NCBI GenBank assembly: GCA_035491815.1
Contig: DATJKA010000047.1
Span: forward strand, 91,520-155,519
DNA: 64,000 bases
Direction of reading: 5' to 3'
Origin: Gemmatimonadales bacterium
Lineage (GTDB): Bacteria; Gemmatimonadota; Gemmatimonadetes; Gemmatimonadales; GWC2-71-9
Position numbers and translations under genes: made by a program. Every line of letters starts with the position of its first letter. The stretch's first letter is position 1. A model generated the notes under the pieces. It searched no databases, had not been told where the DNA came from, and saw nothing but the letters and a program-made list of their open reading frames with translations. Shown in pieces: positions 51,442 through 60,505 of this stretch.

Positions 51442-52404
51442 ATGGCATCGAGCGCCTGCCACTACTGCGGTCGACAGAACGAGCCGACCGCACAATTCTG
51501 CTCAGACTGCGGCAAGCCATTGACGCAGGCGGCTGCCGCCCGGGCGGCAGCCATGGCCGGGGCAGGCATCGTGTCGCGGACGAGCGCGCCGCCGACGCCG
51601 GGCGGCGGTGGGCAGGCGGACGCTCCTGGAGCGGCGCCGTGTCCCCTCTGCGGATCGGTCGCTGCTGCCTCCACAGCTGCCTCGGCCGGCTACGACCGGC
51701 GCCTCACGCCAGACCGGCGCTCCGATCATTCCTTCACCCTGGTCCTGATCTCCGAGATGGCGACGGAGGTCGCGCGTTTCGATCGCAAACATGCCGCCAC
51801 GACGATCGGTCGTACCGAAGGCGACATCAAGTTCCCCGACGATCAATTCCTCTCCCCGCTGCACGCCAAGGTGTCCTGGGAAGAGGGCCGGCTCGAGGTC
51901 CGCGATCTCGGCAGCCGCAACGGCACGTGGGTGTTTCTCGAGGAGCCCTACCGGCTGAACGACGGCGACCTGTTGTTGATCGGCTCGCAGGTGCTGCGTT
52001 TCCGGCGGCTCGGCTACCCCGGGCCGCACGCCGCCGAAGCGGACGCGACAAAGCGCATGGGCAGCATGACGCCGAGCGCTGACATCGCGAGTCTGACGCA
52101 GCTGCGGAGCGACGGCAGCTCGCGCGACGTCATCCAGCTGTCGCCCGGCCGTGACGTGCACATCGGGCGCGAGCGCGGCGACTGGATCTTCCCCTACGAC
52201 CCCTCGATGAGCGCGCAGCATGCGACGGTGCGCTCCGAGGACGCGGACTTCGTGCTCGTGGACGACCACAGCCGCAACGGCGTGGCGATCGCCGCGCGCG
52301 GCGCGATGACATTGCGGCACGCGTCGCGAATCATGGTGGGCGACAAAGTCTTCCGGATCGACATCCCGGGCGCCGCGCTTCCGGACGGGATGGAGCCGGC
52401 ATGA
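51442..52404 (+). CDS. Zinc-ribbon protein with two FHA domains
   Basis: CHYCG...FCSDCG. FHA 1: TIGRTEGDIKFPDDQFLSPLHAKV...LGSRNGTWV. FHA 2: VHIGRERGDWIFPYDPSMSAQHATV...DHSRNGVAI. Confidence 0.85.
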   Translation: MASSACHYCGRQNEPTAQFCSDCGKPLTQAAAARAAAMAGAGIVSRTSAPPTPGGGGQADAPGAAPCPLCGSVAAASTAASAGYDRRLTPDRRSDHSFTLVLISEMATEVARFDRKHAATTIGRTEGDIKFPDDQFLSPLHAKVSWEEGRLEVRDLGSRNGTWVFLEEPYRLNDGDLLLIGSQVLRFRRLGYPGPHAAEADATKRMGSMTPSADIASLTQLRSDGSSRDVIQLSPGRDVHIGRERGDWIFPYDPSMSAQHATVRSEDADFVLVDDHSRNGVAIAARGAMTLRHASRIMVGDKVFRIDIPGAALPDGMEPA

Positions 52405-54008
52405 AGATCTGTCCCGTCTGCTCGACCGAGTATCCCGATGACGTGAAGTTCTGCCCCAACGACGGGCAGACACTCCGGGCCGCGGCACCGGCCAATAACC
52501 TCGTCGGTCAGGTCGTCGCGGATCGCTACCACGTCGTCAAGAAACTGGGTGAAGGCGGGATGGGTCAGGTCTATCTCGCCGAGCATGTGAAGATGGGACG
52601 GCGGAGCGCCATCAAGGTGATGAACCCTTCGATGGTGCACGATCCCGACGCGGTCGCGCGCTTCAATCGCGAAGCGTCGAACGCCAGTCGCATCACGCAC
52701 CCGAACGTCTGCGCCATTTACGATTTCGGCGAAACGCCTGACGGGCTCATCTACCTCGCGATGGAGTTCATCGAAGGCGAGCCGCTCACGGATCTGCTCG
52801 AGCGGGACGGCGCGCTGCCGGTCGCGCGCGCGACCGCAATCTTCCAGCAGACCGCCGACGCGCTCCAGGCCGCGCACGACCTCGGCATCGTGCACCGCGA
52901 CTTGAAGCCCGACAACATCATGCTGACCAAGGGCCGCGGTGGCACCGACATGGTGAAGGTCGTGGACTTCGGGATCGCGAAGGCGGTCGGCGGCGACGAA
53001 GCGGGTCAGAAGGTGACGAAGACCGGGCTGGTGGTCGGCACGCCCGAGTTCATGAGCCCCGAGCAGCTCTCTGGCGACAAGCTCGACGGCCGGAGCGATC
53101 TCTACTCGCTTGCCCTCGTCTATTACCGGATGCTCACCGGCAAGCTGCCGTTCGAGGCGACGACGGTGCAGGAAACGATGATCAAGCGGCTGACCGACGA
53201 GCCCACCAAGCTCGCCGACGCTCGGCCCGATCTCTCCTTCCCTGCCGGCCTGCAGGCGGTGCTCGACACCGCACTCACGCGCACGCCGGCCGAGCGCTAC
53301 CAGAGCGTGTCCAAGTTCGCTGCCGACGTTGCCACCGTCACCGGGAAAGGCGGATCGGCAACCGCGGCGATGCCGCGCACGCGCGCGGACACCGAGGGCA
53401 AGACCCAGCTGATCGACAGCTCGGCGCGCGCCGCGCCCACGACGCGGATTTCGGCCAAGTCGGCGCCGCCGCCAGGAGCGACGTCCAAGAAGCGCTCGCT
53501 CGTGTTTGCCGGCGTGGCGGTCGTCGTCGTGTTGGCAGGTGGGGGAGCGTGGGTCGCGCTGAACGGCGGCAGCAAGGCTAGTCCCCCGCCGCCACCCCCA
53601 CCCCCACCCGCGGACACGACCTCGCGTGTGGCGCGCGACACGGCGGTGAATTCGACAACTCGCCAGAATCGTTCCGTGCCACCCCCGGTTACACCGACCA
53701 ATCACAACGCGTCAAACGGCGGCAGCGCGAAGGCCCGGTTCAACCTCGCTGCCGCGGGTGACGCGCTGAACGACCTGCTCGATTCCATCGACGTCTACCC
53801 GACCTCCAAGGTGCGCGACTCGGCGCTGGCGCTCTTCAACGCGCCGGGCATCACCTCACGCGACAAAGCGATGGCCGCATTCGTCACGGGCAATACCTAC
53901 TTCAAGGGAGGCGATAGAACGCAGGGGTGCGATTGGGTGCGGCGTGCTTCGACGACTGATCCGACCACGCCCACGTATTCCCGCTTCGTCAACGAGCAGT
54001 GTAACTAG
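52401..54008 (+). CDS. Hanks-type Ser/Thr protein kinase (N-terminal zinc-ribbon-like motif, TM, extracytoplasmic C-terminal domain)
   Basis: ATGA overlap with the FHA gene. MKICPVCS...FCPNDG. Kinase motifs GEGGMGQVYLA, AIKVM, HRDLKPDN, DFGIA and SPEQ. TM FAGVAVVVVLAGGGAWVAL. Confidence 0.9.
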   Translation: MKICPVCSTEYPDDVKFCPNDGQTLRAAAPANNLVGQVVADRYHVVKKLGEGGMGQVYLAEHVKMGRRSAIKVMNPSMVHDPDAVARFNREASNASRITHPNVCAIYDFGETPDGLIYLAMEFIEGEPLTDLLERDGALPVARATAIFQQTADALQAAHDLGIVHRDLKPDNIMLTKGRGGTDMVKVVDFGIAKAVGGDEAGQKVTKTGLVVGTPEFMSPEQLSGDKLDGRSDLYSLALVYYRMLTGKLPFEATTVQETMIKRLTDEPTKLADARPDLSFPAGLQAVLDTALTRTPAERYQSVSKFAADVATVTGKGGSATAAMPRTRADTEGKTQLIDSSARAAPTTRISAKSAPPPGATSKKRSLVFAGVAVVVVLAGGGAWVALNGGSKASPPPPPPPPPADTTSRVARDTAVNSTTRQNRSVPPPVTPTNHNASNGGSAKARFNLAAAGDALNDLLDSIDVYPTSKVRDSALALFNAPGITSRDKAMAAFVTGNTYFKGGDRTQGCDWVRRASTTDPTTPTYSRFVNEQCN

Positions 54009-54009
54009 C

Positions 54010-55062
54010 ATGTTCGGACGCTCTTCCAAGTCGATCAAGATCGAGATCTTCGGCAAGACCGACCTGGGCCGCACGCGCGAGCACAACGAGGATCGCTTCC
54101 TCGTCGCCGATCTGACGCGCAAGGCGGCGTCGCTCCAGCCCGAGGTTCGCAAGCACGACATCGGGCCGCGCGGCACACTGCTCGTCGTGGCGGACGGCAT
54201 GGGCGGCGCCGCCGCGGGCGAGCTCGCGAGCGAGATGGCGACCGACACGATCTACGATCATCTCGTGAAGACGCTCGCCGAAGAAGGCGAGATCACGCCG
54301 CAGCGCTTCGCCTACCGCCTGAAGGAATCGGTCGAGGTCGCGAACTCGAGTATTCACGCGCACGCCAAGGCGCATCCCGAAGTGCGCGGCATGGGGACGA
54401 CGACGACCGCCGCGGGCGTGTTGAACGATCATCTCTATCTGACGCAGGTCGGGGACAGCCGCGCCTATCTCATCCGCGGCGGCCAGGCGTTCCAGATCAC
54501 GAAAGACCAGTCGCTGATGCAGCGGCTCGTGGAAGCCGGCGAGCTGACCGAAGAGGAAGCCGCGCAGAGCGAGCGCCGCAACATCATTCTCCAGGCGCTC
54601 GGCCCCGACCCCAAGGTGAAGGTCGACCTCACCCACCAGGAGGTGCGTCGCGGCGATGTGCTCGTACTCTGCTCCGACGGTCTCTCGGGTCAGGTGAAAA
54701 AGGACGAGATCGCGAAAGTCGTGTCCGAGGCGAGCGACCTGAGCGCCGCGTGCGACAAGCTCATCGCGCTGGCGAACGAGCGCGGGGGCCCCGACAACAT
54801 CACCGTCGTCATCGCGCGCTTCGACGGCGACGGGCTCCGGTTTTCCGGCAGCAGCAGCACCGAAGAAGACGGCGTCGGCCATCAGGTCTTCCCGCTGATC
54901 GACACGGAGACGAGCACCGAGCCGGTGCCGGTTTACAAAGGCAGCCGGCCGCCCAAGCCCGCGAAGGAAGTGCGCAAGCAAACGTACACGCGGGCGATCG
55001 TGCTGGGCCTGATTGCCGTCGCCGCGGCACTCGCCTGGTATCTGCTCTCGCGGAATCCGTGA
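54010..55062 (+). CDS. PP2C-family Ser/Thr phosphatase with C-terminal TM anchor
   Basis: Trimmed to ATG 54010, 1 nt after the kinase TAG. Motifs GRTREHNEDRF, VADGMGGAAAGE, LCSDGL and GGPDNITVV. TM VLGLIAVAAALAWYLL. Confidence 0.9.
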   Translation: MFGRSSKSIKIEIFGKTDLGRTREHNEDRFLVADLTRKAASLQPEVRKHDIGPRGTLLVVADGMGGAAAGELASEMATDTIYDHLVKTLAEEGEITPQRFAYRLKESVEVANSSIHAHAKAHPEVRGMGTTTTAAGVLNDHLYLTQVGDSRAYLIRGGQAFQITKDQSLMQRLVEAGELTEEEAAQSERRNIILQALGPDPKVKVDLTHQEVRRGDVLVLCSDGLSGQVKKDEIAKVVSEASDLSAACDKLIALANERGGPDNITVVIARFDGDGLRFSGSSSTEEDGVGHQVFPLIDTETSTEPVPVYKGSRPPKPAKEVRKQTYTRAIVLGLIAVAAALAWYLLSRNP

Positions 55063-56489
55063 AAGCGCAATTTCGGTTCCTCTCCGGGGCACGCGCCGGG
55101 CAGGTCGAAGCCTTCCGCAAGGGATACATCGGGCTGGGCCGCCATCCGCTCTCCGACGTCCGCTTCGACGCCGAGCGCGACCTCGACGTCTCGTCGCGCC
55201 ATGCCGCCATCGTCCGCAAGGCCGAAGGCTTCGTCGTGCAGGACCTGAGCAGCCGCAACGGCACGTTCGTGAACGGCAAGCGGATCACCGGCGACACGCC
55301 GCTCCAGGACGGCGACGTCATCGGCTTCGGCGCCAATGGACCCGCGGTCGAATTCCATGTGCTCGCGACGGACGACTTGCCGCCGACCGCGGCAGCCGAA
55401 GGGCTCGCGGAACGAATGTCGTCTCCGCGCGAGACCGTGCCGGCCGCGGACGCCCGACCGTCGGTGTCGCGTCAAAGCACCGGCGTCCGGATTCGCGCCG
55501 AGGTGCTGCGACAGACGGCGCAGCTGCGCCGGACGACGAAGATTCTGATCGTGCTGCTGCTGGTCGTGGGCACGGGATTCACGTGGATGCAGTGGGACGG
55601 CCGGCGGCGCGCGAGCGAGCTGCGCGCGCTCCAAGTGCGCGCCGACAGTCTGTTGAACGAATCGCGCACCCTGTCCACGCAATTTCAGTCGGAGCTCCAG
55701 GGCGTGCGAGACGCGCTCAAGACGTCGCAAGACGAGACCACACGGCTCCGCCGCGAGCTGGCGGCCTCCGGCGGCGACGCCACGTCGGTGTCGCGACTCC
55801 GCACGCAGCTCGACGACGCCGAGCGGCGCCAGCGCGCGCTGGCGGGCGCCGTGGGCGGCGTGGATTACCGCGCGCTCTCACATCAAAACCAGGACGCCGT
55901 GGCGATCGTGCTGGTCGAGTACACCGACGGCGAGCGGTTCAGCGGCACCGCGTTTTCGGTCGACTCGATGGGCACGATGGTCACGAACAAGCACATCCTC
56001 GCGGGCGAGGACGGCACGAAGACGCCGCGCCGCCTCGGCGTGATCTTCTCCGGGAGCACCCAGTTCTGGCGCGCCGAGATGATCGGCGTTTCGCCGGATG
56101 CGGACATCGGCGTGCTGCGCGTGTTGATCAAAGGCGGCACACCGCGCGTGCACGGCCTCGCGCGCTCGCGCGAAGGGCTGGAGCGCGGGGACCCGGTCGC
56201 GATCCTCGGCTATCCGTTGGGCTTCGATCTGCCGATGGAATCGCAGGGCGGCAATCCGATCGCCGAGCCGACGCTGACGGTGGGAACGGTGAGCAAGACG
56301 CTGACGTCGGTCGTGCAGGTCGACGCCTACGGCGCGCCCGGCTCGTCCGGCAGCCCGATCTTCGATCGCAACGGCAACGTGATCGCGGTGCTCTACGGCG
56401 GCGAGCGCGAGTCGAACGGGAAAATCATCTTTGCGGTCCCGGCGTACGTCGCGGCGGATTACTTGAAGAGCTTGAACCTGATGCACTGA
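55059..56489 (+). CDS. FHA domain - TM - coiled coil - trypsin-like (S1C/HtrA-like) serine protease fusion
   Basis: GTG 55059 overlaps the PP2C TGA (GTGA). FHA: GLGRHPLSDVRFD...VSSRHAAI...LSSRNGTFVNG. TM ILIVLLLVVGTGFTW. Catalytic triad contexts TNKHIL, DADIGVL and GSSGSP. Confidence 0.82.
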   Translation: MKAQFRFLSGARAGQVEAFRKGYIGLGRHPLSDVRFDAERDLDVSSRHAAIVRKAEGFVVQDLSSRNGTFVNGKRITGDTPLQDGDVIGFGANGPAVEFHVLATDDLPPTAAAEGLAERMSSPRETVPAADARPSVSRQSTGVRIRAEVLRQTAQLRRTTKILIVLLLVVGTGFTWMQWDGRRRASELRALQVRADSLLNESRTLSTQFQSELQGVRDALKTSQDETTRLRRELAASGGDATSVSRLRTQLDDAERRQRALAGAVGGVDYRALSHQNQDAVAIVLVEYTDGERFSGTAFSVDSMGTMVTNKHILAGEDGTKTPRRLGVIFSGSTQFWRAEMIGVSPDADIGVLRVLIKGGTPRVHGLARSREGLERGDPVAILGYPLGFDLPMESQGGNPIAEPTLTVGTVSKTLTSVVQVDAYGAPGSSGSPIFDRNGNVIAVLYGGERESNGKIIFAVPAYVAADYLKSLNLMH

Positions 56490-56562
56490 GCGCCGAGTTA
56501 TGACGTTTAGGGCGCGAAGGCTTGCGCCCGTCTCAAACTGCCAAATGTTGTCCTACAGCACC

Positions 56563-58743
56563 ATGCGCCATCTTCACAGCCCTGCCTTCGTTCTGCTCGC
56601 GATCACCCTCGGTGCCTGTGGTGAATCGACGGCGCCCGTCCGTCCGATCCATCCGACTATCACCGCCGGCGTGGCGCACAGCTGCATGCTCACGGAGACC
56701 GGCGCCGCCTCGTGCTGGGGCGAAAACTCGTATGGCGAGCTCGGCAACGGCACGAAGGTGAGCAGCGTCAACCCCGTTCCGGTCGCGGGCGGAATCGAGT
56801 TCACGACCATCAGCGCGGGCGGCGCCTTCACCTGCGGCCTGGATCGCGCCGGGGCCGCATACTGCTGGGGCACCAACTTCAACAGCCTGCTGGGCAACGG
56901 CACGGCGGTCCAAAGCGCGTCGATCCCGAGCCCCGTGTCCGGCGGTCTCAAATTCATCAGGCTGGCGACCGGCCAGACGCACGTCTGCGGAATCACCGAC
57001 ACGGGCGCCGCATACTGCTGGGGCCGCGACGACAACGGACAACTCGGGGACGGCGATACCGCGACCAAGAGCGTCCCGACGCTCGTCACCGGTGGGCTCT
57101 CGTTCAGCGCGATCGCGGCGGGCGACTACCACACCTGCGCGCTGACGACGAACGGCCAGGCTTATTGCTGGGGGATAAACGGCTCGGGACAGCTCGGCAA
57201 CAACGGCGCACCGACGCCGAGCAGGGTGCCGGTCCCGGTCTCGGGTAGCCTAACCTTCACCGACGTCGCCGCGGGAGCGTATCACAGCTGCGGGATCGGG
57301 TCCTCTGGAGCGGCCTACTGCTGGGGCGGGAACAGTTCCGGTGAGGCCGGCAATTTCGCCGTGCTGTACACCGCGCCGACGCAGATTCTCGGGACGCAAC
57401 TGTTCACACACATCACTGCCGCGGGCTTGCACACCTGTGCGCTCACGAGCGGCGGGACGGCGTACTGCTGGGGTTATGACCAGAACGGTGAAGTGGGCAA
57501 CGGACCAGCCGTGCAGCAGTTCGGACCGAGTGCCGTCTCGGGCGGTCTGAGCTTCAGCGTCATCGCGGCGGGCTACTCTCACACCTGCGCGCTCGCCAAC
57601 GTCGCATACTGCTGGGGCAGTAATCTGTACGGCCAGCTGGGCCACGCACGGCAACACGTCGCGACGCCGACGCTCGTGGCGGGATTGACCGGCGTCACAC
57701 AGTTGGCAGTCGGCGCAACCGGCTCGCACACCTGTGCGCTGGTCGCCTCGGGTGCCGCATACTGTTGGGGCCGCAACGCCGAGGGCCAGCTCGGTGCCGG
57801 CTCGCTCCAGCCGGCGAGCGGGACTCCGGATTCCGTGCACGGCGCGCAGTACGGCTCGATTGGCGCCGCCTTCCAGCATACGTGCGCGGTGACAACGGCG
57901 GGCGCCGGATATTGCTGGGGTGCCGGCAACCTCGGCCAGCTCGGCACCGGACAGAATGGAGCGCAGAACCAACCCGCACCGGTCGCCGGTGGTCTGACAT
58001 TCGCGGCGATCGCCGGCGGCCTGTGGCACAGTTGCGGACTCACGACCGCCGGCGCCGCCTATTGCTGGGGCTCGAATATCGCCGGTGAGCTTGGCGACAG
58101 CACGATCGCCTCTCATAACTCTCCGGGCGCGGTTCACGGAGGGCTCACGTTCGACTCGATCTATGTCGGCGTATTTATTTCGTGCGGTCTCACCAGCGCC
58201 GGTGCCGCGTATTGTTGGGGTGTGAATTCCGGCCAATTCGGCGATAGCTCGACGGCGAGCAGCATCGTTCCGGTCCACGCGGCGCCCACACTGACGCTCA
58301 CGACGCTGTCGATCGGAGACGCACACGTCTGCGGGCTGGTGAGCTCGGGCGCCGCGTATTGTTGGGGGCAAGGCATATCGGGTCAGCTGGGTAATGCGAC
58401 CTATGATACCACCAGCCGGGTTCCGGCGACCGTTTCGGGCGGACGAAGCTTCAGCACGATCTCGGCCGGCGGCCAACACACTTGCGCGCTGACTACGGCC
58501 GGCGCGGCGTACTGCTGGGGCACGAATCACAACGGTGAGCTCGGCAATGGCAGCGCGGACTCGACGAACGTGCCTGTCGCCGTGTCGGGCGGTCTGACCT
58601 TTGCCGCCATTCAATCGGGCGGGGGCTATACCTGCGCGCTGACCGGTGCTGGAACCGTCTACTGTTGGGGCGATGACTACTACGGTCAGCTCGGGCGTGG
58701 CGTGTACGGCTTCTCCGACGTGCCGGTCGCCGTGATTCCTTAG
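56563..58743 (+). CDS. RCC1-repeat lipoprotein (14 repeats)
   Basis: Lipobox LLAITLGAC. Upstream ATGs at 56500 and 56545 are alternatives. There are fourteen A-Y-C-W-G-x-N-x-x-G-Q/E-L-G repeats about 50 aa apart. Confidence 0.82.
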   Translation: MRHLHSPAFVLLAITLGACGESTAPVRPIHPTITAGVAHSCMLTETGAASCWGENSYGELGNGTKVSSVNPVPVAGGIEFTTISAGGAFTCGLDRAGAAYCWGTNFNSLLGNGTAVQSASIPSPVSGGLKFIRLATGQTHVCGITDTGAAYCWGRDDNGQLGDGDTATKSVPTLVTGGLSFSAIAAGDYHTCALTTNGQAYCWGINGSGQLGNNGAPTPSRVPVPVSGSLTFTDVAAGAYHSCGIGSSGAAYCWGGNSSGEAGNFAVLYTAPTQILGTQLFTHITAAGLHTCALTSGGTAYCWGYDQNGEVGNGPAVQQFGPSAVSGGLSFSVIAAGYSHTCALANVAYCWGSNLYGQLGHARQHVATPTLVAGLTGVTQLAVGATGSHTCALVASGAAYCWGRNAEGQLGAGSLQPASGTPDSVHGAQYGSIGAAFQHTCAVTTAGAGYCWGAGNLGQLGTGQNGAQNQPAPVAGGLTFAAIAGGLWHSCGLTTAGAAYCWGSNIAGELGDSTIASHNSPGAVHGGLTFDSIYVGVFISCGLTSAGAAYCWGVNSGQFGDSSTASSIVPVHAAPTLTLTTLSIGDAHVCGLVSSGAAYCWGQGISGQLGNATYDTTSRVPATVSGGRSFSTISAGGQHTCALTTAGAAYCWGTNHNGELGNGSADSTNVPVAVSGGLTFAAIQSGGGYTCALTGAGTVYCWGDDYYGQLGRGVYGFSDVPVAVIP

Positions 58744-59126
58744 TCAGACCGCGGGACGACTGATCCGGACGCGCGGGCGGCGAGAAACACCGTCGCCGCG
58801 ATGAGCACCCACGACAATAGCGGAACTAGCAGAAACCGCGACGCCGGCTGCGGCATCGGCGGTCCATAGGCGACGCGATAATAGACGAACAGCGAAACGA
58901 CGCTCACGACGAGCGCCGTGATGTACACCATGACCTGGCCCGCGGGCAGCCAACGCGGCGACACGATCGCCCACGCCAGCGCCGCGAATGGCGCGACGTC
59001 CCAGCCGAAGAAGAGCACGAGCAGCAGCATGGACTTCTGATTGTGGCCGACGTGGAGCATGAACACGACCGCGCCCACCGCGCCGGCGATCACGGCGAGC
59101 AAGGCGACGACGCGCAGGACCCGCAT
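58740..59126 (-). CDS. Hypothetical membrane protein (four predicted TM helices)
   Basis: Trimmed to ATG 59126 (MRVLRVVALLAVIAG...), 4 nt after the upstream stop. Confidence 0.5.
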   Translation of the reverse strand: MRVLRVVALLAVIAGAVGAVVFMLHVGHNQKSMLLLVLFFGWDVAPFAALAWAIVSPRWLPAGQVMVYITALVVSVVSLFVYYRVAYGPPMPQPASRFLLVPLLSWVLIAATVFLAARASGSVVPRSD

Positions 59127-59130
59127 GATC

Positions 59131-59781
59131 CTAAGGCTTGGCGGGCGCTCTGCCCGAGCACGAATTCGCCGCCCCAACGTTCTCGGCGCTGATGCCGCCC
59201 ATTTGCAGCCAGCCGGCCTGCCCCGACGCAGGGTCGGTCATGTGGACCCACCACCGTTGCACCGGTTCGTGGATCAGATGCAACGCGCCCCACCCGACGT
59301 CGGACTCCTGACCGCTCGACCGCACATGGGCGACCTTTGCGCCGGTATACGTGATGACCTCCACCGTGTCCCCCACCGGAAGCCCTGCGTGATTGGACGT
59401 GTCGGGAACCACCACGGCGATGCCGGGCGGGTGGAGCACCATCGCGCCTTCATCCGTTTCCACGGTGGCGCCGTCGGCCACGCTCGCGACGCTGTCGGCG
59501 TCCGCATTGGGCTCCGATCGCAACACGCCACCATGAAGGACTGTCCAGCCGGGGCCGTACTTGCAACACTCGAATGGACAGGCGCCGCGGACGATGTACT
59601 CGGCGGGTTCAGGCGCCGCCGGCGGCGGTGGCTCAGCCGCATCCGGCGCCGGTGGAGGCGCGGCCTCGGACGTGTCTGCAGTCGAGTCCACCGCAGCAGC
59701 CGCTCGCTGGTCCGGCCGCCCGCCGCAGCCGGCGACCACCAGGACCAGCGCCGTTACGCACCACCAACCGAATCCGCGCAT
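59131..59781 (-). CDS. Hypothetical lipoprotein (Pro/Ala-rich linker, possible SH3-like domains)
   Basis: Trimmed to ATG 59781. Lipobox LVLVVAGCGG. I recognise no confident family. Confidence 0.5.
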   Translation of the reverse strand: MRGFGWWCVTALVLVVAGCGGRPDQRAAAAVDSTADTSEAAPPPAPDAAEPPPPAAPEPAEYIVRGACPFECCKYGPGWTVLHGGVLRSEPNADADSVASVADGATVETDEGAMVLHPPGIAVVVPDTSNHAGLPVGDTVEVITYTGAKVAHVRSSGQESDVGWGALHLIHEPVQRWWVHMTDPASGQAGWLQMGGISAENVGAANSCSGRAPAKP

Positions 59782-59845
59782 CAGAGCTCCCCCTTGTGGG
59801 TGCGCTGCTTGACCGATCAGATGGGTAGCCGTACAATGCCCGCTC

Positions 59846-60505
59846 ATGGCGTGCAAATTAGCGCTCGGCGCGGCGATTGTGCTGGTCGCAGCGCCGGGCT
59901 GCGGCAAGACCGCAACGGGACTCGACGAGCTGCCGGTGACGCTGGAGACGGCGCAGGCGGCGGTGGACCTGTTCACGACCGGCTCGATCTACGTCCCCGC
60001 GAACTGCACCGCCACGCCGGCCCTCAATTGCCCCAACGGAGCGGCAGCCAATCCGGCGCCCATCAATCTGACCCGCGACAGCGTCAGGATCACTCCCGGG
60101 GGCACCGGCGTGTACGACTTCGGCGCCTGGGGCACGGCGGTGACGCCCAACGACATCCCGATCACGATCCTGGGATCGCAGTGCGGTCTCGCGATCAACA
60201 GTACGTCCGGCACCGCGACTGAAATCGGCATCTCGGGCACGCTGATCTTCACCAGCCAGACCGTCGACGGGCCGATCAACCGGATAGACATCACGAACGT
60301 GAACCTGACGGGTCTCGAGCCGGCGGATGTCGCCTTACACGGCAACGCGACCTGCCAGGGTACGAGCTTCGGTTTGAGTTACTATCTCTCGACGATCACC
60401 AACGCGCTCGATCAGTCCGCCGCGCTGTGCGGCGCGCCGGGTGCAGCGCTGTTCGAAGTCTGTCCTTCACAAGCGACGGCCTCCGCGAGACGGTCGGGCT
60501 CTTAG
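59846..60505 (+). CDS. Hypothetical lipoprotein
   Basis: Lipobox IVLVAAPGCG. Six further Cys residues suggest disulfides. I recognise no family. Confidence 0.55.
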   Translation: MACKLALGAAIVLVAAPGCGKTATGLDELPVTLETAQAAVDLFTTGSIYVPANCTATPALNCPNGAAANPAPINLTRDSVRITPGGTGVYDFGAWGTAVTPNDIPITILGSQCGLAINSTSGTATEIGISGTLIFTSQTVDGPINRIDITNVNLTGLEPADVALHGNATCQGTSFGLSYYLSTITNALDQSAALCGAPGAALFEVCPSQATASARRSGS

